Assembly (NCBI GenBank): GCA_951406725.2
Contig: OX597823.1
Location: 100,750,001-100,814,000, forward strand
Origin: Octopus vulgaris
Taxonomy: Eukaryota
Length of the DNA stretch: 64,000 nt
Direction: 5' to 3'
In this document: in pieces, positions 22,391-34,289 of the stretch
Position numbering within the stretch: position 1 is the stretch's first letter
How the letters are laid out: the number at the start of each line of letters is the position of its first letter
Program-made: the position numbers and the translations under genes
Notes under the pieces: generated by a model
What the model saw: the letters and a program-made list of their open reading frames with translations, nothing else
Databases searched by the model: none
Told to the model about the DNA's origin: nothing

Positions 22391-24473
22391 ACGGGAAGCT
22401 TTATGAAAATAGACAAAAGACGAAGGCAGGTTTACGGAAATAAACAAAAGACGAAGGCAGGTGGAATACAAACAATTGTATTAGTATGGTGCTCAGGAAA
22501 TATAAATAAAACAAGTCTTTAACATTTTGAACCTACGCTCTTCAACAGAAAGATACACAGAGGAGAAACACAGAAAGAAGGAGAGAAAAAAAATGCGTAC
22601 AGAGGCTAGCGAATCAACATGGCGATCTGATTTCGGCCAGAAGTCAAAGATCAAACGTGAGACGCAAGAGCGAAATTAGGGGAGATAATAGGATTAAATG
22701 ACCTCGCTCCAACATAAGAGTGTGTGTGTGTGTATGAGAAGAGTGTGTGTGTGTGTATGAGAAGAGTGTGTGTGTGTGTATGAGAAGAGTGTGTGTGTGT
22801 GTATGAGAGAGTATTAGTGCGTATGAGAAGTCGGGACGTGTGTATGTATATATGATGTGATGTGTAAAGTCGTATGGTGTAGTGTAGAGAGAGGAGATGA
22901 GGGAAGAGGGGGGAGGGGGAAGAGGGGATGGGTGAGGGTGAGGGGGAGAAAGAAAGGGGAGAAGAGGAGGGGGAAGGGGGAGAAGGAAGGAGAGGAGAAG
23001 AGGAGGGGAGAGAAGGGGGAGAAGGAAGGAGAGGAGAAGAGGAAGGGAGAGGAGGAGGGAGGATAGAGGGAGAGGGGGAGAGAGAGAGAAGAGGAGTGAG
23101 GGAGCAGAGAGAAAGAGGGAAGGGGAAGAGGGAAGAAGGAGGGAGGGAGAATGAGGGAAGAAGGGAAGAGGAGTATGGGTGAAAGGAAGAAGGACTGAAG
23201 AGAAGTAGGGGTCGGGGGGGAGGTTAGATGAGGAGGGGGGAGAGGGGGGTTAGATGAGGAGGCGGGGAGAGTTGAGACCAAATGGCGTATAAGAGTGAAG
23301 AGAGAAGATTAATTCCTGTTCACGGCGCAAACGGGAATCCGGATGGCCTCTGTGTAAGGACAAACCGAACACAGACAGGTGTTGCAAGGAGTGACCGGTG
23401 GAGCGGAAATGGCGTGAGACCGGTGTGTCGTTTGCAAGGCGGATGTCACGGAGGTGTTCCGCGAACCGGTCAGCCAAGCGGCGTCCCGTTTGTCCAATGT
23501 ACAGGGAATGGCAGAGAGAGCAAGAGATGCAATAGATAATATTGCTGGAGGTGCAGGTGAAGGAGTGGATGATGCGATAGGGTTGATGATGGGTGCCAGT
23601 GAGGAGGGTGGTGTTGGAGAGGTAAGGGCAAGTGCGGCAACGTGGGCGGGAGCAGGGGAACGAGTCAGGTTGGGAGGTAGGGTCAGGGAAGGAGCTATGG
23701 ACCAAAAGGTCTCGAAGGTTATGGGCTCGTTTGAAAGAGGGGAGGGATCGGTTAGGGAAGAGGTGTGAAGTAGACGGGTCGGACTGGAGATGACAGAAAG
23801 CTCGAAGAATGGTGCGTTGGAGAGGTAGGGTTGTGGGGTGGTAAGTGAGGGGAAAAGGGAGGCGGGAGACTACAGGGCGGGTTTGGGGAGAGAGAGCAGA
23901 TACACGGTCCATGGAACGTGCTCTGGCAAGGGCGGTGTGGATAGTGGTGAGGGGGTACCCACGTAGGATGAAGTGGTGAGCCATACGTTGAGACTGAGTC
24001 TCAAAGTCATGGTCGTCACTACTGAGCCTACGTAGACGGAGGAATTGGGAATAGGGGATGGAAAGGTTGGTGTGTTCTGGGTGGGAGGAAGAGAAGTTGA
24101 GGTATGAGTGTGAGTCTGTGTGTTTGTAGTGAATGGAGGTGGTAAGAGTGGAGTGAAGAATGCTAACCGAAATGTCGAGGAAGGAGACAGAGGTGTTGGA
24201 GATAGTGGAAGTGAAGTGGAGGGCTGGATGGAAAGATTGAACGAAGAGAGGAAGGAATCTAGATGTTCACGGGAGAGTGAGGTGGCACCGCGACATTATC
24301 GGTGCCACCTCACTCTCCCGTGAACATCTAGATTCCTTCCTCTCTTTCGTTCAATCTTTCCATCCAGCCCTCCACTTCACTTCCACTATCTCCAACACCT
24401 CTGTCTCCTTCCTCGACATTTCGGTTAGCATTCTTCACTCCACTCTTACCACCTCCATTCACTACAAACACAC

Positions 24474-24477
<4 letters not shown>
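22391..24477 (-). mobile_element. 5'-truncated Neptune-like PLE with CT-rich 3' UTR, pLTR and 5' fold-back (24113-24289 / 24300-24477)
   Basis: GIY-YIG ORF, pLTR at 22391-22620 and inverted duplication of RT sequence. Confidence 0.88.
23250..23984 (-). pseudogene. PLE linker plus GIY-YIG endonuclease
   Basis: RGYP, LTYHP, CSRPRCRTC, FTCTSSNIIYCISCSLCHSLYIGQTGRRLADRFAEH, PFGLN. Confidence 0.92.
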
Positions 24478-24523
<46 letters not shown>

Positions 24524-24614
24524 CATATATACATACATATACACATACATATATATATACATACATACATATGCACATACATACATACATATATATACAT
24601 ATACATACATATGC

Positions 24615-24659
<45 letters not shown>

Positions 24660-24666
24660 TATATAC

Positions 24667-24709
<43 letters not shown>

Positions 24710-24798
24710 TATATACAAAGTCCTGGGGTCGATTTGCTCGACTAAAGGCGGTGCTCCAGCATGTCCAGTCAAATGAATGAAACAGAGAGTAAAAAGAG

Positions 24799-24830
<32 letters not shown>

Positions 24831-24869
24831 TATATATATACATACACACACACACACATACATATCTAA

Positions 24870-25600
24870 TTAACGAGGGAGAATTGGAGGGGGAAACGTT
24901 TAGTGGACGGGTAAAAAAATGATAAACAGGCGCCAATGGGTTCCATCGTCGTTAAGTAGCCTGATATTGTATTATCCTTGTAGAGATACTAAAACATATA
25001 CTAGTATAGTATTTACTGAGTGTTATTACGTTGTGGGTAGGTCTGAGTAATAATTACAAGATTACTAGTAAAGTCTGAGATACAAGGTTTTAATATGGAC
25101 ATGTCTGGGTTAAAACGTTTTTTTTTTCAGATTAGTAGATTATAGTTGAAGGGGGGTAACTGTGTATTTCAATTAATTCTAGAGTATAATAAATTCCTGA
25201 GATGAAATCAATTCTGGATATAAGTAGAAAGTGTTCATGTTTCGATACAGGTATTACTTAAGGAACGTAAACAACTATATGCTTCTTTGTAATTATATCA
25301 GGTAATTAAGTTGTATAATATTAATAGGGTTCATATGGGTTTATAGTTACAATGGGGGGTATACTGGCGCTTGCAGGGATGGTAGGATAGACTTATAGTG
25401 TTAATGTTTTGGATGTATTTTAATCCACCTAAGTGTACAAAGTGCTGTTAGTTATAAAAATCCAGTCACACGGGTGGTTTCTAATTGGTGCTTAAAGTTA
25501 GTGTTCAAATTGAATGCATAGAGATTATTGTTAATAAGAGTATGGAGTAACATCCCAATGATAGATTGGAGTAACTGGATATTTATATCTCTATCTATAC
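24870..25600 (-). mobile_element. Possible highly eroded PLE 3' region
   Basis: Weak resemblance to the GIY-YIG C-terminus of the 19229 ORF; adjacent to an HHR fold-back. Confidence 0.3.
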
Positions 25601-25630
25601 AGTTCTATATTTAAGAGATGAGGAATTATG

Positions 25631-25890
25631 TACATTATTTACCTTGTTTACATCATTTACTATTGACGGATATTTGTCCTCATCTTGTTTGTTGTTAACA
25701 CAACATTTCAGCTGGTATACCCTCCAGCCTTCATCAGGTGTCTTGGGGAAATTTTCGAATGAGAACCCAGGTTCGAAATTTCCCCAAGACTCCTGATGAA
25801 GGCTGGAGGGTATATCAGCTGAAATGTTGTGTTAACAACAAACAAGATGAGGACAAATATCCGTCAATTGTAAATGATGTAAATAATGTA
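25631..25890. repeat. Fold-back inverted repeat (about 115-bp arms, short spacer) carrying an HHR in each arm
   Basis: 25647-25759 versus 25772-25883 with few mismatches. Confidence 0.9.
25788..25833 (+). ncRNA. Minimal hammerhead (mirror copy at 25697-25742 minus)
   Basis: ac(t/a)c-CTGATGA-a-ggctg-gagggtatat-cagct-GAAA-tg-TT-gtgt; stem III is probably decayed from ACGT. Confidence 0.72.
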
Positions 25891-27604
25891 TATCTATATC
25901 TGTTTATATCCACACACATATCCATATATATACAAGCCCTGTGCATGATCGTTGCCAGAGCAGCTATCTGGCCTCTGTGTCGGTGGCATGTAAAAAAACA
26001 CCATTTGAGCGTGATCGTTACCAGCATCGCCTTACTGGCATCCGTGCCGGTGGCATGTGTAAAAGATTCGAGCGAGGTCGTTGCCAGTGCTGCCTGACTG
26101 GCCCCGTGCCGGTGGCACATAAAAGCACCCACTACACTCTCAGAGTGGTTGGCGTTTGGAAGGGCATCCAGCTGTAGAAACTCTGCCAGATCAAGATTGA
26201 AGCCTGGTGCAGCCATGTGGTACGCCAGCCCTCAGTCACATGTCCAACCCATGCTAGCATAGAAAGTGGGCATTAAACGATGATGATGATAACACTAATC
26301 ATGGTCGTTTAACATCCGTTTTCCATGCTGGCATGGGTTAGACGGTTCGACTGGAGTCTGGAAAGCCAGGAAGCTGCACCAGACACCAGTCTGATTTGGC
26401 AATGTTTCTACAGCTGGATGCCCTTCCTAACGCCAACCACTCCGAGAGTGTAGTGGGTGCTTTTTACGTGTCACCAGCACAGGGGCCAGAGGAGGCTGGC
26501 ATTGGTCACATTCGGATGGTGCTTTTTACGTGCCACAGGCATGGGGACCACGACTACAATTTCCATTTGAACAGAAGAATCCTGTCTGTAAAACATTTGA
26601 TAAATCTATTATAAACAGGATTCTAATGAGTTGACATTTAATTGGATCAATATAATGATACACCTCGAGTCTATAGATGCATATGTTATATAATGTAGCA
26701 ATACTTTTGAGTTTGAATGCCAGTGAAACAACTGTAAATTGTGTAATCAAACAATCTGCTCACTCTACTCTCCTTTGGGACACATAACTCTACTTGTGAA
26801 GACCTGTTGAGGCAAGTGAAAATCAAAAATCAAAGAATCAAATCAAAATCTATGAACATCAATGGAATTTGTAGTTTTGTAGTACCAGTGCCGGTGGCAC
26901 ATAAGAAAACCATCTGAACGTGGCCGTAGCCAGTACCGCATTGACTGGCCTCCGTGCTGGTGGCACGTAACAAACACCATCCGATTGTGGCCGTGCCAGC
27001 CTCGCCTGGCCTCCGTGCCGGTGGCACGTAAAAAACACCATCCGAGCATGGCCGTTCGCCAGCCTTGTCTGGCACCTGTGTCGGTGGCACATAAAAAGCA
27101 CCCACTACACTCATGGAGTGGTTGGCGTTAGGAAGGGCATCCAGCTGTAGAAACACTGCCAGATCTGACTGGCCTGGTGCAGCTTTCGGGCTTCCCAGAC
27201 CCCAAATGAACCGTCCAACCCATGCTAGCATGGAAAGCGGACGTTAAACGATGATGATGATGATGATGATGATGATATAATCATTTAATGTCTGTGGTCC
27301 ATGCTGGCATGGGTTGACCGGTTTGACTGGGCTGGCATGCTGGAAGGCTGCACCAGACTCCAGTCTGATTTGGCATCATTTTCTACGGCTGGATACCCTT
27401 CCTAACACCAACCACTCTGAGAATGTAATGGGTGCTTTTACATGCCACCAGCATGGGTGCCATTTGCGTGATACTGGGGTGTGTTTACATGCCACATGCA
27501 CAGGTGCCAACTGGCATAACACTGGTATCTGCCACAACTACAATTTTGCTTGAATTGATGGGTCTTTTTCGCAAGCATGACATAATGCCAAAGGTCATTG
27601 CCTC

Positions 27605-29050
27605 TGGATAGAAGTCCACTAAGGTTCAGCCCTCAGTCTCCTTTTATTCATCATAGTCCTCCAGGCAATAACAGAGGAATTCAAGATGGGATGCCCCTGG
27701 GAGCTCCTCTATGCTGATGACCTGGCCCTCATAGCAGAATTACTACCGGAACTAGAAAAGAAATTTCATGTGTGGAAGCTAGCAAAGATCAAAGTAATAG
27801 TAAATAGGAAAGCGAACTGTTCACACACCCACTTAGGTAGGTGGCCCTGCTCGATCTGTAGAAAAGGTGTAGGTAGAAACTCCATAAGATGTACCCAGTG
27901 TAAGCTATTGACGCATAAGAGGTGCAGCAACACCAAAGGAAAATTAACCGAGAAGATAGCTTTCATGTGCGGCAGATGCACAGGGGCAATAAACACCACA
28001 GATACTCAGAAAACAGATTCCATTACACTCCAGGGGGAGAAACTAGAAGTAGTTGATAGTTTCTGCTACCTAGGTGGCCAAGTTAGTAGTGGGGGTGGAT
28101 GCTCAGAGAGTGTTACTACTAGAATAAGAATAGCCTGGGCAAAGTTTAGAAAGTTTCTTCCCCTACTGGCGACAAAGGGTCTCTCGCTCAGAGTGAAAAG
28201 CAGATTGTATGATGCATGTGTACGAACTGCCATGCATCACGGCAGTGAAACATGGGCTGTGACTGTGGAGAACATGCATAGGGTTGAAAAAAATGAAGCT
28301 AGCATGATCCACTGGATGTGTAATGTCAGTGTCCATGCACAACAGAATGTAAGCGCCCTGAGAGAAATGCTGAACATAACAAGCATTGGATGTGGCATGC
28401 AGGAGAGACGTTTGTGTTGGTATGGTCATAAACTATGGATGGATGAGGAGAGATGTGTGAAGAAGTGTCACTCCCAAACTGTTGAAGGAATCCAGGGTAG
28501 AGTTAGACTCAGGAAGACATGGGATGAGGTGGTCAAGCATGACCTTTGAACGTTGGGCCTCACAGAGGCTATGACGAAAGACCGAGACCTCTGGAGATAT
28601 GCTGTGACTGGGAAGACCCAACAAATGAAGTGAGTTTATGGCTCTCAGGACGGCCTGCTGTGCTAACCTTGGATTGTAGGGTGACCTGCTGTGCTTGAGG
28701 AGACCTATTGAGTCATGTACATCAACATTAAAATAAAAATCAAATGGAAATTGTATTCGTGATACCCGTGCCAGTGGCACGTAAAAAGCACCATCCGAAC
28801 GTGGCAATGCCAGTGCTGCCTTGACTGGCATCCGTGCCGGTGGCACATAAAAAGTAGCTACTGATCGTAGCTGTTGCCAGTCTCCTGTGGCCCCTGATGG
28901 AGTGGTTGGTGTTAGGAAGGGCATCCAGCTGTAGAAACACTGCCAGATCAGACTGGAGCCTGGCGCAGCCTCCTGGCATCATAGACCCCAGTCGAACCAT
29001 CCAACCCATGCTAGCATGGAAAACGGACGTTAAATGATGATGATGATGAT
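27605..29050 (+). mobile_element. 5'-truncated RTE LINE with 3' UTR and (TGA)n tail
   Basis: ORF 27686-28549: ELLYADDL, HGSETWA, WYGH, RKTW. Confidence 0.92.
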
Positions 29051-29268
29051 ATAGAGTGGCCCAAATGTAGTTTTACAGTTATTCAACTATCTCTTTCGTA
29101 TTCATATATATTCATATACAGTTTAGATGTTAATTATAAAAAATATATGAAACCATTATTCTATGCTAATTTAGCTATTTGTAAGATAGAAATTTAAATG
29201 TAATAAAATGTTTTAAAAGACATTCATTTTAAAAGAAATTTAAAGTGCCTACATGATAACTGTAAACC

Positions 29269-29334
<66 letters not shown>

Positions 29335-29404
29335 TCACTATCATCATCATCATCGTTTATATATATATACATACATATATATATATATATACATATATAC
29401 ATAC

Positions 29405-29437
<33 letters not shown>

Positions 29438-29480
29438 CATACATATATATATACATACATATATATATACATATATATAT

Positions 29481-29511
<31 letters not shown>

Positions 29512-29717
29512 CATACATACATATATATATACATATATACATACATACATATATATATATACATATATACATACATACATATATATATATATACATAACT
29601 ACTAACAATATAGGATGAAGTCCCTTTCTCTACAGAAAAGGAATCCATCAGGAAGCGTGGATAAATCAGTGTATTGGCTTTAGAATAACCCTCTTTAGCC
29701 CTTAATTATATGATGTT

Positions 29718-29776
<59 letters not shown>

Positions 29777-29789
29777 ATACATATACATA

Positions 29790-29821
<32 letters not shown>

Positions 29822-30031
29822 CATGAAGGGCATTGGCGTTAGGAAGGGCATCCAGCCGTAGAAACACTGCCAGATTTGACTGGGCCTGATGAAGCCTTCT
29901 GGCTTCACAGACCCCAGTAGAACCGTCCAACCCATGCTAGCATGGAAAACGGACGCTAAACGACGATGATGATATATATATACATATATATACATATATA
30001 TATATACATATATATACATATATATATATAC

Positions 30032-30108
<77 letters not shown>

Positions 30109-30777
30109 TACATATATATACCTATAATCGTATATTTGCATGTCTGTGAGTGTGTATGCTGATAGTTGTAAGGAAGTGTCACCATCATACAAGTGGAGTC
30201 CATCTCCAACTTTTTATGAAAACATGTTTGACTGTAGGGACATATTGCCTTACTTGAAAACAGGAGAGGACTGGCGACACAGGAAGAGCGTTCGGCCATA
30301 ATAAAATATGACTTGACAAAAATTTCACCTGACCTATGGAAAAGTGGATGTTAAGATGATGATGATGATATATAAATATATATAAATTGACTTCTTGTTT
30401 TTATTTGCCTGTTATCCTACTCTCACATGGATCTTTCTATGTCAATCATTTAATATATTTAATTCGAGAATCACCTTTACACTTAGATTATGTTACACCT
30501 TTGCATTCTCTCATAGTACACTGATTCTGTATCATTGATTGTGACTCTTTCTGTAACCCTTACACCTCCCTTATTCCTCCTCCTCCATACTGCCCTTTTT
30601 CTTACAGCCTCTCCTCCTCTTCCTATGGTTATGTCCCCTCACTGCTACTCACTTCCACTATTTTCCCATCTGAAACTTTCACTGAGGATCAATCTGATAT
30701 AGTCACTGTGTACATCTAATTGACTTCTTTTGTCTTTTTCCTGCTTTTATTTGCTCACACACATACATTTAAGTCAT

Positions 30778-30834
<57 letters not shown>

Positions 30835-30838
<4 letters not shown>

Positions 30839-31200
30839 AATAGTAGGGAATATAATTCCAAGCTTACAGGCAAAAAATTCAATTTTGCAATTCTAAATCA
30901 AATTTCACAATACATAATATATGTATATAATTAAGAGAAATAACCTCTATTAAGCAATTCAAAAGTGAAAGACATTATCTATATTAAATAGAAAAAACTT
31001 AAATATACTATAATAAATATTATTTTAAAAAATCAACAAATTAAATTGACTATGCGCATTTCGTGACTATATCTTTAAATCGATAATAATAAAATTGATA
31101 CTATTAAAATTAATTTAATTTAAAAATATAGCCACTCTCCAATTTAATGTTTATTTAATTTATTGATTTTTTTGAATAATATTTATTATAGCATATTTAA
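30835..31200 (-). mobile_element. Diverged relative of the Naiad-like pLTR with eroded long-stem-II HHR (31048-31143) and short inverted arm
   Basis: Colinear with 18776-18990; minus strand reads TTGGAGA-gtggctata...tatagtcac-GAAA-tgcgca-TA; 31153-31200 inverts 30999-31047. Confidence 0.6.
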
Positions 31201-31214
31201 TTATATACATATAT

Positions 31215-32017
31215 ATCTCCCTTTTTAGTAGAAGAAATAGCTATAACTCTTTGACTGCTATTTCTAAATTCGGTATGTGGTAAGGCAATTCGTTGCCAAA
31301 CCCTTTATTGCTTAGTATTACTTAAATTTTCCTCGAATGAGGCTTTTACATGCCGAAGACTACTTGGTGTAATTGATAATTATTCCAAATTAATTAATTT
31401 CACCCTTCATTATTACGGATAACCATATTTTATCTCAGTAGATGACCACAGCATCTTGTTTTGGCTACACGCGGGTGGGAAGGGGCTGGTGACACAATCT
31501 TCTCATTCACACATTGAATTTGGTGATACTAGTTGCGGATTCTAGCTCGCTCTGATACTGAGTTGAGTTGATGCCTTCTAGTATCTCAAAATTCAATATA
31601 TAATCATTTATGATTATAGTATTCTACGCTGAAGAGAAAAGAAGTTCTTGGTAAGATAGAATTATTTAATATTTAATTCTTATGCTTTCCTAAAGACTTG
31701 ATTTCGAAACGTACGTCCGTAGATAACTTAAAATTGTATGATAGATTGCCGTCAATTCATTCCCTCTTACCTGTTTGTGTCTGCCTTCCAATTGCTGTTT
31801 TTACTGAGATCTCCCTTTTTAGTAGAAGAAATAGCTATAACTCTTTGACTGCTATTTCTAAATTCGGTATGTGGTAAGGCAATTCGTTGCCAAACCCTTT
31901 ATTGCTTAGTATTACTTAAATTTTCCTCGAATGAGGCTTTTACATGCCGAAGACTACTTGGTGTAATTGATAATTATTCCAAATTAATTAATTTCACCCT
32001 TCATTATTACGGATAAC
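31215..32017 (+). mobile_element. Non-coding 594-bp unit in 1.35x tandem (209-bp direct repeats at 31215-31423 / 31809-32017) containing an HHR
   Basis: Repeats appear identical by eye; no ORF; TA-rich flanks. Confidence 0.85.
31623..31723 (+). ncRNA. Type I hammerhead ribozyme with canonical core and extended stem II
   Basis: tctacg-CTGAAGA-gaaa...(about 70-nt hairpin)...tttc-GAAA-cgtac-GTC-cgtaga; predicted cleavage after 31717. Confidence 0.9.
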
Positions 32018-32302
32018 TATATGCATATATATATATATTGAATGTTTACTGGCTGATGTTTGTCAATTGTATATCCTCTCCATTTTCTTATTTGCCTTAT
32101 ATATATATATACACACACATTTTTTTTCTCTCCTTGTTTTTTTCTGTGTCCCTTTCTGTAGAAGAGCGTAGGCTCAAAACGTAAAAGACGTTTTCAATTC
32201 CTGAGTGTTATACTAATACATCTGTTTGTTTTGTACACCACCTGTCTTCGTGTCTTTTGTTTTTTTCGTGAACTCTCCCTATATACACACACACACACAC
32301 AC

Positions 32303-32335
<33 letters not shown>

Positions 32336-32490
32336 TACATATACACATATATATACATACACACACACATATGTATATCTATATATCATCATCATCATCA
32401 TCATTTATGATGATGATGATGATGATATGCTTTTAGTGCGAATGTTTTTTTTATATGATGCCATTTTTACAATCCTGTAAATACTAATAA

Positions 32491-32654
32491 TGGCATTTTT
32501 ATATAAGCTTGAATCTTGTGGCAATCACTGTGCAATGACTAAGGAAAATAGTGTAATAAAGGGGCACATAAGCCCTCAGCAGACTTTATGAGACTATTTT
32601 CCTGAGTCATTGCACAGTGATCGCCATAAGATTCAAGCGTATATAAAAATACCA
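32491..32654. repeat. Imperfect hairpin/MITE (about 70-bp arms, about 22-nt spacer)
   Basis: tggcatttttatata..atcactgtgcaatgact..ataaag versus its reverse complement. Confidence 0.85.
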
Positions 32655-33143
32655 AGTATATATATATATATATATATATATCTATATATATATACAACAA
32701 GCTTCTTTCAGTTTCTGTCTACCAAATCCACTCACAAGGCTTTGGTTGGCCTGAGGCTATAGTAGAAGACATTTGCCCAAGGTGCCATGCCGTTAGACTG
32801 AACCCAGAACCATGAGGTTGGGAAGCAAGCTTCTTTATTTCATTACATTTGCCATAAAGGCATAATAGAAATGAAGCTTTGCAGGCTGGTCACAGACACA
32901 ATGATGATGATGAAATGAAAAAAGAGATGGTTGATTGGGGAAGCAGCCAACGCTTGCCAATTGTTACTTCCCAATAACATTGTTCTTTTTTTTAAAAAAC
33001 ACAAATGAAGTGTCGATTCTCTTACAATAATTACAAATTGAGGCACTGAGCCTCTTATCAATCAAAAAAGTTCAGAAAATAGTCAACTTGAGGTCCTAAG
33101 CCTCTTACTAATCTCCAAGTTTGAATTGAGGTGCTAAGACCTC

Positions 33144-34285
33144 TTACTCTGCCTCCCTGATTAAGGCTCTTGCCACCTTCAGGCAATCCTGCAGTCGCAA
33201 GCCAGGGTCCCAAAAAAGATAATTATATTCTTCCTTAGTAAAGGAATCCATCACTCTGTAGAAGTAATTTTCCTCCATGACCTCCACCTGTGGAGGCCAA
33301 TCCAAGATATCAATGCAGGTTAGGACCACCTGTTCCCGACCTTCAAGATTCCTCACGAAGTTCTCTACAGCCCCTCCCTTAAGAAAGATCACAAATTCCT
33401 CATTTATTACACTGAGAGGGGCCACAGTTTCCTCTGTCGGTGGCACAATTCCCACCGATGAGGTTTTTGGACATGCCGACAGTGTACTGCTAACCACTGG
33501 CACTGCCCCATTCTTTTTCTTCTTTTTTCTTGTCTTTGATACGGGAAGGGGTGGTTCCGTCACTTTAACCAGAGGATCATCATTCCCTCCTGCAGCTTTA
33601 GGGTCCTTCGGTGAGCAACCACTGTTGCCCACCTTTTTCCTTTTTTTTTTCCGGGGAGGTCTCTACCTTCTCATCTATCTCCATCTCTCCCTCTGGAGGA
33701 GGAGTGGGTGGGGGGTCTCTTGCACAACCAACTGTTCCAGGACCCTACTCTGGTCCTGGGGACAGTTCTTTTTGATGTGGCCCGGTTCCAGGCACAGGAG
33801 ACACTTGGGGGGGGGGGGGCGTCCCTCAAGAATCACTGGGAACCTGCAACCAGTCATTTTCAAAAAATCTGGAAAAACCAGATTCTTGGCTGATTGGGTC
33901 CACAGAGTCAAAACCGCTTTTGACCCAACCCAGTCAGCTGCCGGCAAAATTTTAACATTAAGCAGCTTGGATCCACTGCCACCCAGACCCCGGCGGATAG
34001 TGTCTTCTATCCACTTAGGTTCTATCCTGGGTGACAACACGTAGACCCAAGCTCTTGTCAACTTCTTCCCACCATATGTGGGAAGAAACAAAATCTCTTT
34101 GTCCTCTAAAGGCTGTCTCGCAAATTTGCAAGCCTCCTCAGGGGTGTCAAATAGCAACCACACCATTGCATATTTGATCCCCCTGGAGATGAATTTAATA
34201 GTTGGCGAATACTCTGCCAACTCTTTTTCAATTTGAGTCTTTTGAAAGAGGGCGATGGTGTCAAGCAACTTTGAAGGGTCATTGA
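33144..34285 (-). pseudogene. L1/Tx1-type LINE ORF1 (RRM-like region plus CCHC knuckle), interrupted
   Basis: VILEGRPPPPKCLLCLEPGHIKKNCP zinc knuckle; no ORF2 follows. Confidence 0.7.
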
Positions 34286-34289
34286 ATTT

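Noticed and set aside
26880-27100. CRISPR-like repeat-spacer appearance
   Set aside because: Eukaryotic context; the spacers are homologous to each other and part of the RTE 3' UTR; no cas genes.
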